Below, one piece after another: positions 36,542 through 46,963 of a DNA stretch of 64,000 nt (within the stretch, counting starts at the first letter, position 1; every line of letters begins with the position of its first letter). The notes beneath the pieces are model-generated. The model worked only from the letters and a program-made list of their open reading frames with translations. It ran no database searches and had not been told where the DNA came from. The stretch comes from a virus (Duplodnaviria > Caudoviricetes). The translations under genes were made by a program, and so were the position numbers. The stretch spans positions 32,001 through 96,000 of the IMG/VR virus record IMGVR_UViG_3300027782_000030; one strand, given 5' to 3'.

Positions 36542-37648
36542 TTAAAGCCCTGCCAGACGCTTGATATCAATCACGTTATCACGCTCTTGGGTATCAATAA
36601 TATCTTTCTTGGCAGATTTATCACCTGTCACTTCACTAATCATTCTTGATTCTGTAATTGTCTGCTTGGTAGCTTTCTTTTCAGAACCACTGTTTAGTAC
36701 AGCCGGTAGATATTTTTCAAAAGCATTCTGTAACCTTGGGGTTTGAACACTTTCTAATAAAGATTGCATTACCTTAGCCTTTTCCTCGTTCAATGGTGCA
36801 AGTAATTCGCTCATTGTTTTTTCACGAAGATTAGATTCTTTGATAATACGCACTTCTTTTTCTTTGCTCTCAACTAACTGTTTAGCCTGTGAGATTAAAC
36901 TCATAGACTCAGATAGTTTTTGATCTTTCTCTTTTAACGCAGCCATTAACTTGCGTGTTTCAGCCTTCTCATTTAAATGAGTAACTGAGAATTCGCTAGC
37001 AAAAGATTCAAATATTCTGCGACCGAAATTGTTTTCACGGGCGGCTTGAATATCTTCTTTAAGTTGGCTTAGTTCGCCTTTAAGATGCTTAGTAACAGCA
37101 GCATTCATTCTCTTAGCACTTTCAGCAACAAATCTTGCCTTAAGTTTTTCAAGTTGACTACGACCTTCTGCAACTAACTTAACCTTGGCTTCAACAACTG
37201 CCTGCTTGTCCTGTGAGAATTCTTTGATTTCACGGGCTAAAGCGTGAACAATAAATTGCTCTAGCTTTTGTTGGCTTTCTTTTTGAATCTTACGATCGGA
37301 ACGCAATTCTTTAATTTCTTCGGCTAGTTTAGTAACCATGAAATCATTGAATTTTGATGCGCTTTCACGAAGTTTCATTTGGCCTTTTACACGGTCTTCG
37401 TTCATTGCTTTTCTTTCATTGTGAAATTCTTGAATTTCTTCTGAAAGATTATCTGTTACCATACGATCAAGGGCTTCAACCATAACGCTTCTGTCATGCA
37501 CATACTTTTGTGCAAACTCTTCTCTGAGTTCTGCACGAACTTGTTCACGAGCCTCATTTAATTTAGATTCCCAGGCTTCATTAATCTGTTGCCCTACGTC
37601 TTCATTAATAAGTCCGCTCTCAAGTAATGGTTTGATAGCATCAAACAT
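36542..37648 (-). CDS. gp22: Prohead core scaffold protein
   Basis: Coiled coil, E/K rich, between protease and capsid genes; FGRRIFESF. Confidence 0.85.
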   Translation of the reverse strand: MFDAIKPLLESGLINEDVGQQINEAWESKLNEAREQVRAELREEFAQKYVHDRSVMVEALDRMVTDNLSEEIQEFHNERKAMNEDRVKGQMKLRESASKFNDFMVTKLAEEIKELRSDRKIQKESQQKLEQFIVHALAREIKEFSQDKQAVVEAKVKLVAEGRSQLEKLKARFVAESAKRMNAAVTKHLKGELSQLKEDIQAARENNFGRRIFESFASEFSVTHLNEKAETRKLMAALKEKDQKLSESMSLISQAKQLVESKEKEVRIIKESNLREKTMSELLAPLNEEKAKVMQSLLESVQTPRLQNAFEKYLPAVLNSGSEKKATKQTITESRMISEVTGDKSAKKDIIDTQERDNVIDIKRLAGL

Positions 37649-37660
37649 TGCTTATTCCCC

Positions 37661-38293
37661 TTATTTAATTTTGAGATCCTTGATGAGGCGTATGACTTCC
37701 TCTTTCAAGAATTTCTCTACTTTTTTGTCGCCTTTAGCGTCTTTTGCAATACTTAACAATGTATGGCCATGCTTCATGTTCATCATGCCTTCATAAATTG
37801 CTTTTGGATACGCATTAGGTGCGCTTGGTTGAGCAACAATATCTACAGTGACTATTTCAAAGTCACTAACTTTGCCGTCCATGTCGTTTACATTACCTGA
37901 TCCACGACTGGATACGCCTAGTTTCACTCCCGACTCCAACATAGTCTTTACTAACTGACCCATTGGAGTTGGTAATATTTTTAGTTTTCCGAATCCATTA
38001 GCACCATCCATCCACATACTAGTAATCATATGTGATACACGGTCTAAATTAATTTTGAGGTCATCAGGGTGATCTACTTCACCTAACACTGAATGACCAT
38101 CAGAAATTTGTTCGTTAAGAGTTTGAACAGCATTTTCAATTTCAGCTACGGGGTAAATGCGTTCATTAGCATTTTTAACCCCGCCCTGAATGAAAATTCC
38201 CTTCATGTATAGGGACTTTCCGTTAGCATCATCTAACGATTCGACCACCATATTAGCGCGGTCAAATGTTAAATGTTCTTTGAGATAAGCCAT
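37661..38293 (-). CDS. gp21: Prohead protease
   Basis: NANERIYP, GEVDHP, GVSSRGSG, DIVAQPSAP. Confidence 0.95.
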   Translation of the reverse strand: MAYLKEHLTFDRANMVVESLDDANGKSLYMKGIFIQGGVKNANERIYPVAEIENAVQTLNEQISDGHSVLGEVDHPDDLKINLDRVSHMITSMWMDGANGFGKLKILPTPMGQLVKTMLESGVKLGVSSRGSGNVNDMDGKVSDFEIVTVDIVAQPSAPNAYPKAIYEGMMNMKHGHTLLSIAKDAKGDKKVEKFLKEEVIRLIKDLKIK

Positions 38294-38308
38294 TTCTCTC
38301 AGATTCTC

Positions 38309-39193
38309 TTAGATTCTTCTTTTAGCAGTTGTTCTGCTTTCCACAACGCTCTTGTCGTTCTGTTTAACAGTACCACCTGCACCAGCTTCTTTACCTTGTG
38401 GGGTCTTGTGACCAAAACCACCTGGGACTTTTTCTTTAAATGAAGTCTTACCTGCATCTTGTCCTGGGGTGTTTTTAAACTGACCAGCACCCTTTACAGT
38501 TGTCTCACCCTTAGAACCGTAGTTGCTAGGAGCTTTAGGACTTGTTGGAACTGTCTCAGAAGCACCAGAGAATTTTACTGGCTTACTGTCCATTCCTGCT
38601 TGTCCACTGTTTTGTAGACCTGGGCTCTTTGTCTGTGCGCCGTTGTCGCCGCCGATTTTAGAACCATAAAGACCTGGAACATTCTTTAACTGAATGGCTT
38701 CCATCATTTCTTCACTACCTTCTTCTTCATCGTCAACTTCTTCTTCGCCTTCTTCGCTACCCATCATTTCTTCTTCGTCGCCGAAATCCTCTTCGTCGCC
38801 CATGCCATCGTCATCACCGCCCATGATCTTTTCAAAATCAGCCATTAACTGGTCTAACTTGTCTTCAATACGGATAACCGCATCTTCAACTTCACCGTCG
38901 GCTGCTTCATCATGCATTTGGTCAGAATCAATATCAATGATTTCTTCTTCGTCATCATCGAATCCAATGTCATCATCTTCTGTCATACCACCAGCTTCTT
39001 CTGCGCTGATTTCGTCCATTAGATCGCCGACTTGACCTCCCATGCCTTCTTCACCCATCATTTCTTCGTCCATGATAGATTCATAAATCTCGCGGGATTT
39101 TTCTACTACGATATCGTGAAATAATTCACGGGCTTGTTCTTCATTCTCATTGATAATCAAATCAATAAGTTGTTCAAATTTTCTGTTATCCAT
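38309..39193 (-). CDS. Highly acidic prohead core-like protein (gp67/68 position)
   Basis: D/E-rich; located between portal and protease genes. Confidence 0.6.
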   Translation of the reverse strand: MDNRKFEQLIDLIINENEEQARELFHDIVVEKSREIYESIMDEEMMGEEGMGGQVGDLMDEISAEEAGGMTEDDDIGFDDDEEEIIDIDSDQMHDEAADGEVEDAVIRIEDKLDQLMADFEKIMGGDDDGMGDEEDFGDEEEMMGSEEGEEEVDDEEEGSEEMMEAIQLKNVPGLYGSKIGGDNGAQTKSPGLQNSGQAGMDSKPVKFSGASETVPTSPKAPSNYGSKGETTVKGAGQFKNTPGQDAGKTSFKEKVPGGFGHKTPQGKEAGAGGTVKQNDKSVVESRTTAKRRI

Positions 39194-39246
39194 TATTGTT
39201 CTCCTGAAGTGAAATGGCTTTGTAATAATTATTTAGTGGGTATACC

Positions 39247-39276
39247 AAAAAACAGCTTATTAACTACTGTTTTTTT
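39247..39276. terminator. Probable bidirectional terminator
   Basis: aaaaaacag-N11-ctgttttttt. Confidence 0.6.
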
Positions 39277-39301
39277 GCGTTTTTGTAAAATATATACAAA
39301 A

Positions 39302-39529
39302 TTATAGGGTAGGAGCTGCTGCTTCTGCCTTAGGTCCGTATTGATCGTGGACTTTTTTTAGATGTTGTTTCTTTTCATAGTTTCTTACATCAAGCATTTT
39401 TCTTAATTTTCTTATTTGCTTTAATGTAAGTTTGGTTTTTCTAGATTGTTTCCAAATAGGTTTGCTGTTATCTTGATTAACATCTTGATAACCTTCAACC
39501 GGTGGATCAAACATTTCTAGTAACTTCAT
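39302..39529 (-). CDS. Small conserved head-cluster protein
   Basis: RKTKLTLKQIRKLRK; TAAATA six nt before the ATG. Confidence 0.7.
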   Translation of the reverse strand: MKLLEMFDPPVEGYQDVNQDNSKPIWKQSRKTKLTLKQIRKLRKMLDVRNYEKKQHLKKVHDQYGPKAEAAAPTL

Positions 39530-39543
39530 AGTAAGTATTTATC

Positions 39544-41331
39544 TTATGCTGTTAATCCGCCACCTGCTCCACCTGGAGGCATTGCGCCAGGAGTTGATTG
39601 TACGGGACCTGCTACTTCGGGTCCTTCAGGCATTTCGCCCTCAGCCGGTGCTTGTTCAATGTCAACCGCTGTTTGCTCATCGGATTCTATATCACCTATG
39701 CTTACTCCGATGTTTCTCAAATCACCACCTTCAGGAGTATTATCTTCATCTTTATTATTTTCTTCACGCCATAATTTTTCATTCTTAGTAATCTCTTCTT
39801 CAGTAAGACCTAAGAATCTTTCTAATGCAAATCTTTTTGATATGTAGGGGAATGCTTCCATTGCTTGGAATGTAGAGACTCTAGCAGTATCTAACTCGCT
39901 TTGGCGATATGCAGCAAAATTTTGCGGTGGATTAAATTTCAATGTGAACAATCCACTATCAATATTCAAGCCTCTCCAACGCAAGAATAATTTAAATTCT
40001 TCGTCTAATTTCAATGCAATATAGTTTTGTAAACGCTCACAATATTGATTAAATCTAAACTCTTGAATCATTGCTGTACCAACACGACCATCACTTAACG
40101 GAGTAGTATTGTCATCAGGTCCAGTTGGTAAATATGAACTTGGTACACGTAGACCACGAGCCAATCTATTATTAAAATAGCGCAAGTCATCAATCTCACC
40201 TAAGTTTTGTCCACCTGGTAATAATTCTACACTTGATCCTCTTCCATCAGCGGTGACAGGGAAGAAATAATCTTCGTTCATACTTAACGGATTGTATGTT
40301 GCATCAACAATTGCTTGTCCACCATATACTGAGGGGATGCGTCTTTGATGAATTTCATTTTTAATTCGCTCAACGAAAGCCATAGCCATATGACTTGGCA
40401 TATTACCAACATCAATCTTAAACATTCTACGCTCAGGTGCTCGTTGCACACGGTAGATTAGAACCGCATCTTCTAATAATTCTTTTTGTTTATAAACTTT
40501 AAAAACATTTTCTAAAATACTTTGACCAAACGGCCAAAATCTATCTAATCCTTCAGTTAAACTTAGATGTACCACATGTTTAGCATCTACTGAACTTTCG
40601 CTTTGACCTAATGTAAATCTACTACCGCTAGTATTATAAGGCATTGCTGGAACCGTATAAGGCGTATTAGTGCCACCACCTGTACCACCTAACCCTGTTG
40701 CAGGGTTAGCCGCAAAGTCTGTATTGGTTTTTTGTGCTACTGATAAGTTCTGTAAGTTAATGTTTAAGTCTTTAATAACATATTGTTCAGGCTTCTTACC
40801 TTCACTTTCATTCACAATGACCTTAATAATTTTAACCATATCGATCCAATATAGTTTAAAGTTTTCAGGGTCACGCAAAAAGACTTGATCGCCGTACTTA
40901 ATAACATTTCTGAATATTTTAAATACTCTAGTATCAAATTCGTTTAACTTACACCATTGCTGTAATTGAGTTTTTAATAAATCTACCTCATGTGGAGTAG
41001 GCTCTTCTTTAAACTCAAACGCAAATGGAGTTTTATTTTGTTCATTTTTTTGAGTACTGAATTCTGATATAATGTCTAAACATGCATTGATTTCAGCATC
41101 AACGTCCATCATTTCATATTGATTATATCTTTCAATACGGTTTGGGTGACCTGTGTAGACTTCGGGAAGTCTACTCATATAATTTTTGTAACCCCAATCT
41201 AGATTGTTCCAACCACCTGTAGAACTACCATTTTGTCCCGGGCTGCCGTTCCAAGCACCGGTATTACTGTTTACACCGGATATAGGGCTAGAAACTCCGC
41301 TCTTATTTATAAATCGTTTTTTGTAGGTCAT
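39544..41331 (-). CDS. gp20: Portal protein
   Basis: IYRVQRAPERR.FKIDVGNM, EDYFFP, LPGGQNL, LRVPSS. Confidence 0.95.
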   Translation of the reverse strand: MTYKKRFINKSGVSSPISGVNSNTGAWNGSPGQNGSSTGGWNNLDWGYKNYMSRLPEVYTGHPNRIERYNQYEMMDVDAEINACLDIISEFSTQKNEQNKTPFAFEFKEEPTPHEVDLLKTQLQQWCKLNEFDTRVFKIFRNVIKYGDQVFLRDPENFKLYWIDMVKIIKVIVNESEGKKPEQYVIKDLNINLQNLSVAQKTNTDFAANPATGLGGTGGGTNTPYTVPAMPYNTSGSRFTLGQSESSVDAKHVVHLSLTEGLDRFWPFGQSILENVFKVYKQKELLEDAVLIYRVQRAPERRMFKIDVGNMPSHMAMAFVERIKNEIHQRRIPSVYGGQAIVDATYNPLSMNEDYFFPVTADGRGSSVELLPGGQNLGEIDDLRYFNNRLARGLRVPSSYLPTGPDDNTTPLSDGRVGTAMIQEFRFNQYCERLQNYIALKLDEEFKLFLRWRGLNIDSGLFTLKFNPPQNFAAYRQSELDTARVSTFQAMEAFPYISKRFALERFLGLTEEEITKNEKLWREENNKDEDNTPEGGDLRNIGVSIGDIESDEQTAVDIEQAPAEGEMPEGPEVAGPVQSTPGAMPPGGAGGGLTA

Positions 41332-41341
41332 AGTGTATTTA

Positions 41342-44300
41342 TTAAATTTTGCTGTACTTCAATAAATCACTTTGAGTATTATTGCTCTCGGATAATTCAC
41401 TAATCATATCGTCTAATTTAGCAATCATTACATCAAATTTATCAGTAAGCATTTCAATTATTCTATCATTAATATCAGTTTCAGTAATAGTAGAAGTTGT
41501 AGTTGTTGCATTTTCTACTGTCTGAGTAGCAGGAGTGGTTGCCAATTTTTCTAATATAGAATTAGCGTCCAATGGGGCAGTAATTTCTCTCCCATGATGT
41601 TCTACAGGATAGCCTGTCATAGGTCCATCAAAGATACCGCCCATTGCAGCTTGGGGGATTTCACCTGACTGTAATTTACTTGAATAGGCTTGAGCAAGTT
41701 GCGCTCTTTTTTGAGTTTCGGCTCGTCCTCCGGCATAGCCAACAGACTTACCAACTTGTTCAATATTACCAAGATCAACCCCGCGAGATTGTTTTTCTTT
41801 GAAATATACAGCAGCAAGTTTAGCTGCAATGTCTGGATCATTTGCTAAATCCGGATCTTTTACTAAATCAACACCAATGAGCTTTCCATATTTTTCGTAA
41901 TTATCTTTACCGGTGAGTTGTATTAACCCTCTTCCTCTATATTTGTAGCCTTCATCCGCAGCATTGCCCATTCTGCCGCCATATATAAGATTACCAACTG
42001 CTTCAGGACCCTGTTGTACAACACTCTGTGCTTCTTCCATTGATCTGAAACGAACTTTATTTCCGCTGCCCGGGCCATACAACCTAAATAATGTTTGTGC
42101 GCTATACTTACCAACATCTTCTGATCTTGACCTAAAACCCGATTCAGATTGAACCTGTGACATAAGATTAGCAACAGAACCAGTATCAGTTATGCCTTGG
42201 TTTTTTAACTCTGCTAAAAATTTAGTTTGCTGTTCTCCCGTAGTTGCAGTTGGTTGAGCTCCTGATGACAACCTAGCACCCATATTACTGAATGCCCCTC
42301 CACCAGTAGATCCTCCACCAGTAGATCCTCCACCGGCGCTAGTACTACTACCACTACCAATCTGTCCTGTTGCTACTTTTAATTGTTTAGTAAAATTAGT
42401 TAAATCAAAGAATGCATTTTTAAATCCACCGGTAACTCCGCTTGTACCTTCGACAAAATCTTCAAGCTTTTCAGTTTCTTCTTCTTTAAGTTCTAGTTGA
42501 TCTTCAATTTCCTTGTTCCATTTACTAAATGTTCCTGTTAATTTTTTCAATATTGCATCAGAATCTTTTAAACTCTTACTAAATGCTTCAGCATTTTCTT
42601 TTTCTTCTTTACTATCTGTTAAATCCTCATCATTGGATGTACTTTCAAATATGTCAGGTAGGGCTGTTTTAGATGATAGGGGTATAACTGCTTCATTGCC
42701 GTGTAATTCAACAGGATAGCCCGATTTAGGACCACTGAATACACCGCCTTCGGCAGCTTTTGGCATTGCTTCTAAATTTTTCTTTTCTTCAGCAATTTTC
42801 ATATCAATGGTTTTCAACATCTCTTCATGAGATTCTTTGCTTTGTTGATTCCGTGTCCTAGGACCCTGTTCTTCAAGTTTTTTCCTTTGTCTTTCAAGGT
42901 CTTCTATTTTTTCTTTACCCTTTAACTCCCTTTCATTTTGTTTAAGTGTAGGAGTGGTAGTATCTTTTTTCCCCGTATTACTAGCTAATTGTGTATTATA
43001 CTGGGCCATTATTTCAGAAGGATAAGTATTTCCTGAATTTATGGACATCTTCATTACTGCAAGTTGTTTGTCTGATAGTGGCTTACCAGAAACCACTCGT
43101 TCCCCTGCAATTTTTGTATACTCTTCGGATGTCTTCGTTTGTTTAGCTGATCCAGTTGGTGATTTTGTTTCTTCAGCTGGCTTCTGTTCAAAGGATGATG
43201 CCGGTCTATTTGACATTTTACCCAATTCTCTTTTAGCGTTAACTAACTCATCTATTGCTTTTTTCTGATCAGCCTCTCGTCCAAATCCCATTTTTTGAGC
43301 AAAGGATGCAGTTTCCATAGACTTTGCATACTTGGCTTCAGCTTCTACAATTTTTTCTTTTGCCTTTTGAATCGCCTCTTCTTTTTTAGCTTGAGCCTCT
43401 TTATTTTTTTCCTCTTTCTTTTGAAGTTCCTCTTCTTTATTTTTAATTTTTTCTTTTGCTGCTTTGTCTACTTCCAATTCTTTAAGTTTTTCTGCCCAAT
43501 ATTTTACACCTCTATCCGCTGCGGTTTTTTCTTCAGCAGTAGTAGCTGTTTTTTGAGCAGCAAGAGCCTCATCTTGTTTGGCCTTAGCATCTACTATTTC
43601 TTTTTCTTTTTCTGCAAGATCACTTTTTGCATTATCTAGAGTAGATACTTTTTCACCAAGTTTTTCTCCTACTAATTGTCCACCTTTACCTCCCAACCAT
43701 CCACCTAATGCACCACCGATAGCAGTACCTATACCAGGTAATATCGCAGTTCCAATTGCTGCACCTATTAGTGTTCCGGAGGCAGTTCCTGCACCTTCAC
43801 CTAATGCGCCGCCTTTCTTTTTGTTAGCTTCTTCTTCGGTAATTTTTCCTTCTTTTAATTCTTTAGCAGCATCTTGATATCCACTATAGGCTTGATATCC
43901 TCCCACAACTGCGCCTAATCCCGCTGTACCGGCAGTAGACCCTAATACTTTACCAACCGATCCCAATGTTTTAGTTAATGCTGACATGCTTGATGACAAC
44001 GACGATGCCGCAGCCGTTGCTGCAGGTGCTGCCGCTGCAGGGGCAGCAGCACTAGCAGGAACTAACAGCCCACTTGCCGATTTTACAAAGCCAGGTGCAG
44101 CAGATGCAGCAGCACTTGTTGCTGCTGGCACTGCCCCTGCTGCTGCCCCTATACCTCCGATTCCCGCCATCCTGCCTAAAGCGCCTGCCCCTGCTTTTAA
44201 TATTTGCGCCCCTGCAAAAGCAGCAAGTGCCATTGCGGCACCCACTGCCGCAGTTTCTAGTAATCCTACGGCTACAGTGGTAGCATCAAAGCCTTTAACT

Positions 44301-45835
44301 AGCGGATTTCCCGCAAGAACTAATTCATCTAACTTTTTAGCGGTCTCTATTTCCGCAGTGGTCATCTTAGCCCTATTGTCCTGCGCAGGATCTTTACCAG
44401 GTTTTTCGGCTTCTTTAATTCGTTTGCGTGTAGATTCTAACTCATTTTCTATACTCCTATCACGTTTTTTAGTTGCATTATCAAGAGATTCTTCATTAAT
44501 GTTATATGCTTTTGCTACTTCAGTTGCTCTTGAAGCTGAAAAACCTACTTGTTCAACTGCTCCTATTAGAGCTTTGTTATATTTGTCTTGAAATTGAGCA
44601 GTTAGTTTCTGTGCATCACCACCATCAGCAATACCCGCTTTTAATTTTTTTAACTCTTCTACTAACCCTAAACGACCTAACGCTTGTCCTTCTTCACTTA
44701 CTATTGTACCGGTACTTAAAAATTCACGAACCCCTTTCATGAGTCCTTGATCACCAGAATCTGCTAGCATATTAATTGACTCTCTGCGACCTTCTGCTTC
44801 TTTGCGAATCCTTGCAGCTGCCACACGGTCTGCCTCACGGTCGGATGCCTCTAGCCTTCTAGCTTTACTTTCTAATTGAATTTGAGCAACTTGTGCTTCA
44901 ACGGCACGTGCCGCGTCTTGCTGTTTTTTCTTAATTGTCTCGGCATCTTGACCTGAAAGATTTGACAATACTAAAAGATTTTCAGTATATTCTAAACTGG
45001 CTCTCTGTAAAGCTGCCTTATCTTTCATTTCATTTGTCAAACTTCTACCGGACATTGCCTGAAGTTTTATGTAGTCTGCTTGATTCTGTATTAATTCTCC
45101 TTGACTTACTCCTAAACGTTGGAACCCTTCACGTTGTTGGTTAGTAATTTTAGTCAATGCAGCAAAAGATTTAATACCATCAGAGGCGGTTCCACCTAAG
45201 CTGGTAATAGAGGTGCCCATATTTTGTAAGGGCTTTACTAATAAATCTAAATTCTTGCTGGTAATGCCAGATTGATGTGCTGTTTTTAGCAACTCTTCGG
45301 CAGTCATTGCGCCGGCATTGCCAATTTTAGATAATTGATCAGAGGCTTTTAATACGTTATCCGCTTGTTCTAGATATGCATTGGCTACTTTAGAAATGCC
45401 TAGGGCTAATATCCCTAGAGTTTTTCCAAGATAACCAGCATCTTTAGTAAGATTAACAGTAGCATCTGCTACACTCTTTAATGTACCTTCGTATTTTGAG
45501 TATGAACGTTCACCGCTATAAATTTTAGATGTAAATGACTCTACGGCGGCTTGACCATGATCAAGTCCAGCCTTAAAGTTGTTCATAGCCTGTTGATATT
45601 TTAAAGCGCTATCGTATGCGTCTTTTTGCACACGGGTATATCCTCGTGTAGCATTTCCTAAACCATCAAAAGCTTGAGCTTGACCCTTGATATTATTTTC
45701 AAGGTTCATTTTTGCTAATTGGTCTTTGGGCACCATAGCCATGTTGAAGGCTAATAGTGAACTTAACATTTCTGTATTACGATTTAAGGCCTCAGTGATT
45801 TGGGCCATATTGTCGCTTAAATTATTTTCGTCCAT
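41342..45835 (-). CDS. Tape-measure-like protein with C-terminal GH19 lysozyme/chitinase domain
   Basis: Long helical protein with Gly/Ala TM-like segments; ESGF, YGGRMGN, YRGRGLIQLTGKDNY. Confidence 0.8.
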   Translation of the reverse strand: MDENNLSDNMAQITEALNRNTEMLSSLLAFNMAMVPKDQLAKMNLENNIKGQAQAFDGLGNATRGYTRVQKDAYDSALKYQQAMNNFKAGLDHGQAAVESFTSKIYSGERSYSKYEGTLKSVADATVNLTKDAGYLGKTLGILALGISKVANAYLEQADNVLKASDQLSKIGNAGAMTAEELLKTAHQSGITSKNLDLLVKPLQNMGTSITSLGGTASDGIKSFAALTKITNQQREGFQRLGVSQGELIQNQADYIKLQAMSGRSLTNEMKDKAALQRASLEYTENLLVLSNLSGQDAETIKKKQQDAARAVEAQVAQIQLESKARRLEASDREADRVAAARIRKEAEGRRESINMLADSGDQGLMKGVREFLSTGTIVSEEGQALGRLGLVEELKKLKAGIADGGDAQKLTAQFQDKYNKALIGAVEQVGFSASRATEVAKAYNINEESLDNATKKRDRSIENELESTRKRIKEAEKPGKDPAQDNRAKMTTAEIETAKKLDELVLAGNPLVKGFDATTVAVGLLETAAVGAAMALAAFAGAQILKAGAGALGRMAGIGGIGAAAGAVPAATSAAASAAPGFVKSASGLLVPASAAAPAAAAPAATAAASSLSSSMSALTKTLGSVGKVLGSTAGTAGLGAVVGGYQAYSGYQDAAKELKEGKITEEEANKKKGGALGEGAGTASGTLIGAAIGTAILPGIGTAIGGALGGWLGGKGGQLVGEKLGEKVSTLDNAKSDLAEKEKEIVDAKAKQDEALAAQKTATTAEEKTAADRGVKYWAEKLKELEVDKAAKEKIKNKEEELQKKEEKNKEAQAKKEEAIQKAKEKIVEAEAKYAKSMETASFAQKMGFGREADQKKAIDELVNAKRELGKMSNRPASSFEQKPAEETKSPTGSAKQTKTSEEYTKIAGERVVSGKPLSDKQLAVMKMSINSGNTYPSEIMAQYNTQLASNTGKKDTTTPTLKQNERELKGKEKIEDLERQRKKLEEQGPRTRNQQSKESHEEMLKTIDMKIAEEKKNLEAMPKAAEGGVFSGPKSGYPVELHGNEAVIPLSSKTALPDIFESTSNDEDLTDSKEEKENAEAFSKSLKDSDAILKKLTGTFSKWNKEIEDQLELKEEETEKLEDFVEGTSGVTGGFKNAFFDLTNFTKQLKVATGQIGSGSSTSAGGGSTGGGSTGGGAFSNMGARLSSGAQPTATTGEQQTKFLAELKNQGITDTGSVANLMSQVQSESGFRSRSEDVGKYSAQTLFRLYGPGSGNKVRFRSMEEAQSVVQQGPEAVGNLIYGGRMGNAADEGYKYRGRGLIQLTGKDNYEKYGKLIGVDLVKDPDLANDPDIAAKLAAVYFKEKQSRGVDLGNIEQVGKSVGYAGGRAETQKRAQLAQAYSSKLQSGEIPQAAMGGIFDGPMTGYPVEHHGREITAPLDANSILEKLATTPATQTVENATTTTSTITETDINDRIIEMLTDKFDVMIAKLDDMISELSESNNTQSDLLKYSKI

Positions 45836-45908
45836 GGGTTTTTTACCAATAAATATATAGAGTATTTATTGTTGGGTAAAGCCCAATTTTTAACACAAAG
45901 GAATATAA

Positions 45909-46739
45909 ATGTCACTTGATAACAACCCACTTAAACAATATTTTCGTCGTCCAGCGGTATATATTAAACTACCCAGTGGTGGCAGTTACTATCCGCCTGG
46001 TGTAGTAAATATACCTGAATCAGGTGAATTACCTGTATATCCAATGACGGCTATTGACGAAATTACTACCAAAACACCTGATGCCTTGTTCAACGGCACT
46101 GCAATGTGTGAGTTAATTAAAAGTTGTATACCTGATATTAAAGACCCGTGGCAAGTTAATAGTGTTGACTTTGATGCGATTCTTATTGGTATTCGTGCAG
46201 CAGGTGGCGGTAATGATATGGAAATTGAATCCAAATGTACTAAATGCGAAGAAATTAGTACTTACGGAATAAATTTAACAGGATTGTTAACATCTCTTTC
46301 CTCGGGAAATTATCAAGACGAACTACAAATCAATGATTTGGCAATTAAATTTAGACCATTAACATATAAGCAAATGAATGATGCCGCTTTAGGGCAGTTT
46401 GAGGTACAGCGGTTATTTATCCAATTAGAAACTGAAACTGATAATGACGAACGTACTAGAAAAAGTAAGGAAGCATTAGAATCTGTTACTAATTTAACAA
46501 TGGAACTTCTTACAGAAGCCATAGAATATATTCAGACGCCAGCCGTACAGGTTACTGAGAAAGAATATATCTTTGATTTCTTAAGAAATTGTGATAAGAA
46601 AATGTATGTCACTATCCGTGATTACAATGCTGAACTAAAAAGCCAAACTGAAATTAAGCCATTAAAGATGAGATGCATCCATTGTCAGCATCAGTACGAG
46701 CAACCCTTTACATTGAATACATCCGATTTTTTCGAATGA
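45909..46739 (+). CDS. gp26: Baseplate hub assembly protein
   Basis: NPLKQYFRRP..YI.LPS, MTA.DE...KTPDAL.NG, D.DAIL..IR. Confidence 0.85.
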   Translation: MSLDNNPLKQYFRRPAVYIKLPSGGSYYPPGVVNIPESGELPVYPMTAIDEITTKTPDALFNGTAMCELIKSCIPDIKDPWQVNSVDFDAILIGIRAAGGGNDMEIESKCTKCEEISTYGINLTGLLTSLSSGNYQDELQINDLAIKFRPLTYKQMNDAALGQFEVQRLFIQLETETDNDERTRKSKEALESVTNLTMELLTEAIEYIQTPAVQVTEKEYIFDFLRNCDKKMYVTIRDYNAELKSQTEIKPLKMRCIHCQHQYEQPFTLNTSDFFE

Positions 46740-46963
46740 TGCTTCTGCGCCTTCCCCCTGAAGGCATACAGAAGCTTATAGAAAACTACGAAAAAGCAGT
46801 TGATGAGATTAAAAAATCAGCCATAACAATGGCTTGGTATATGAGGGGCGGTGTGTCCTATGTGGACATACTGAATATGTCTACTGTGGAAAGACAACAA
46901 ATAAATGAATTGATTGAGAGCAACTTAGAGACTACCAAGAAGTCTCAGATGCCTTTTTTCTGA
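46736..46963 (+). CDS. Small baseplate/tail assembly protein (gp51-like)
   Basis: ATGA overlap with gp26; WYMRGG.SY..ILNMS..ER pattern. Confidence 0.65.
   Translation: MMLLRLPPEGIQKLIENYEKAVDEIKKSAITMAWYMRGGVSYVDILNMSTVERQQINELIESNLETTKKSQMPFF

Noticed and set aside
43295-45144. Several plus-strand ORFs inside the tape-measure gene
   Set aside because: Antisense to a long coherent CDS; composition mirrors the Lys/Glu/Ala bias of the real gene
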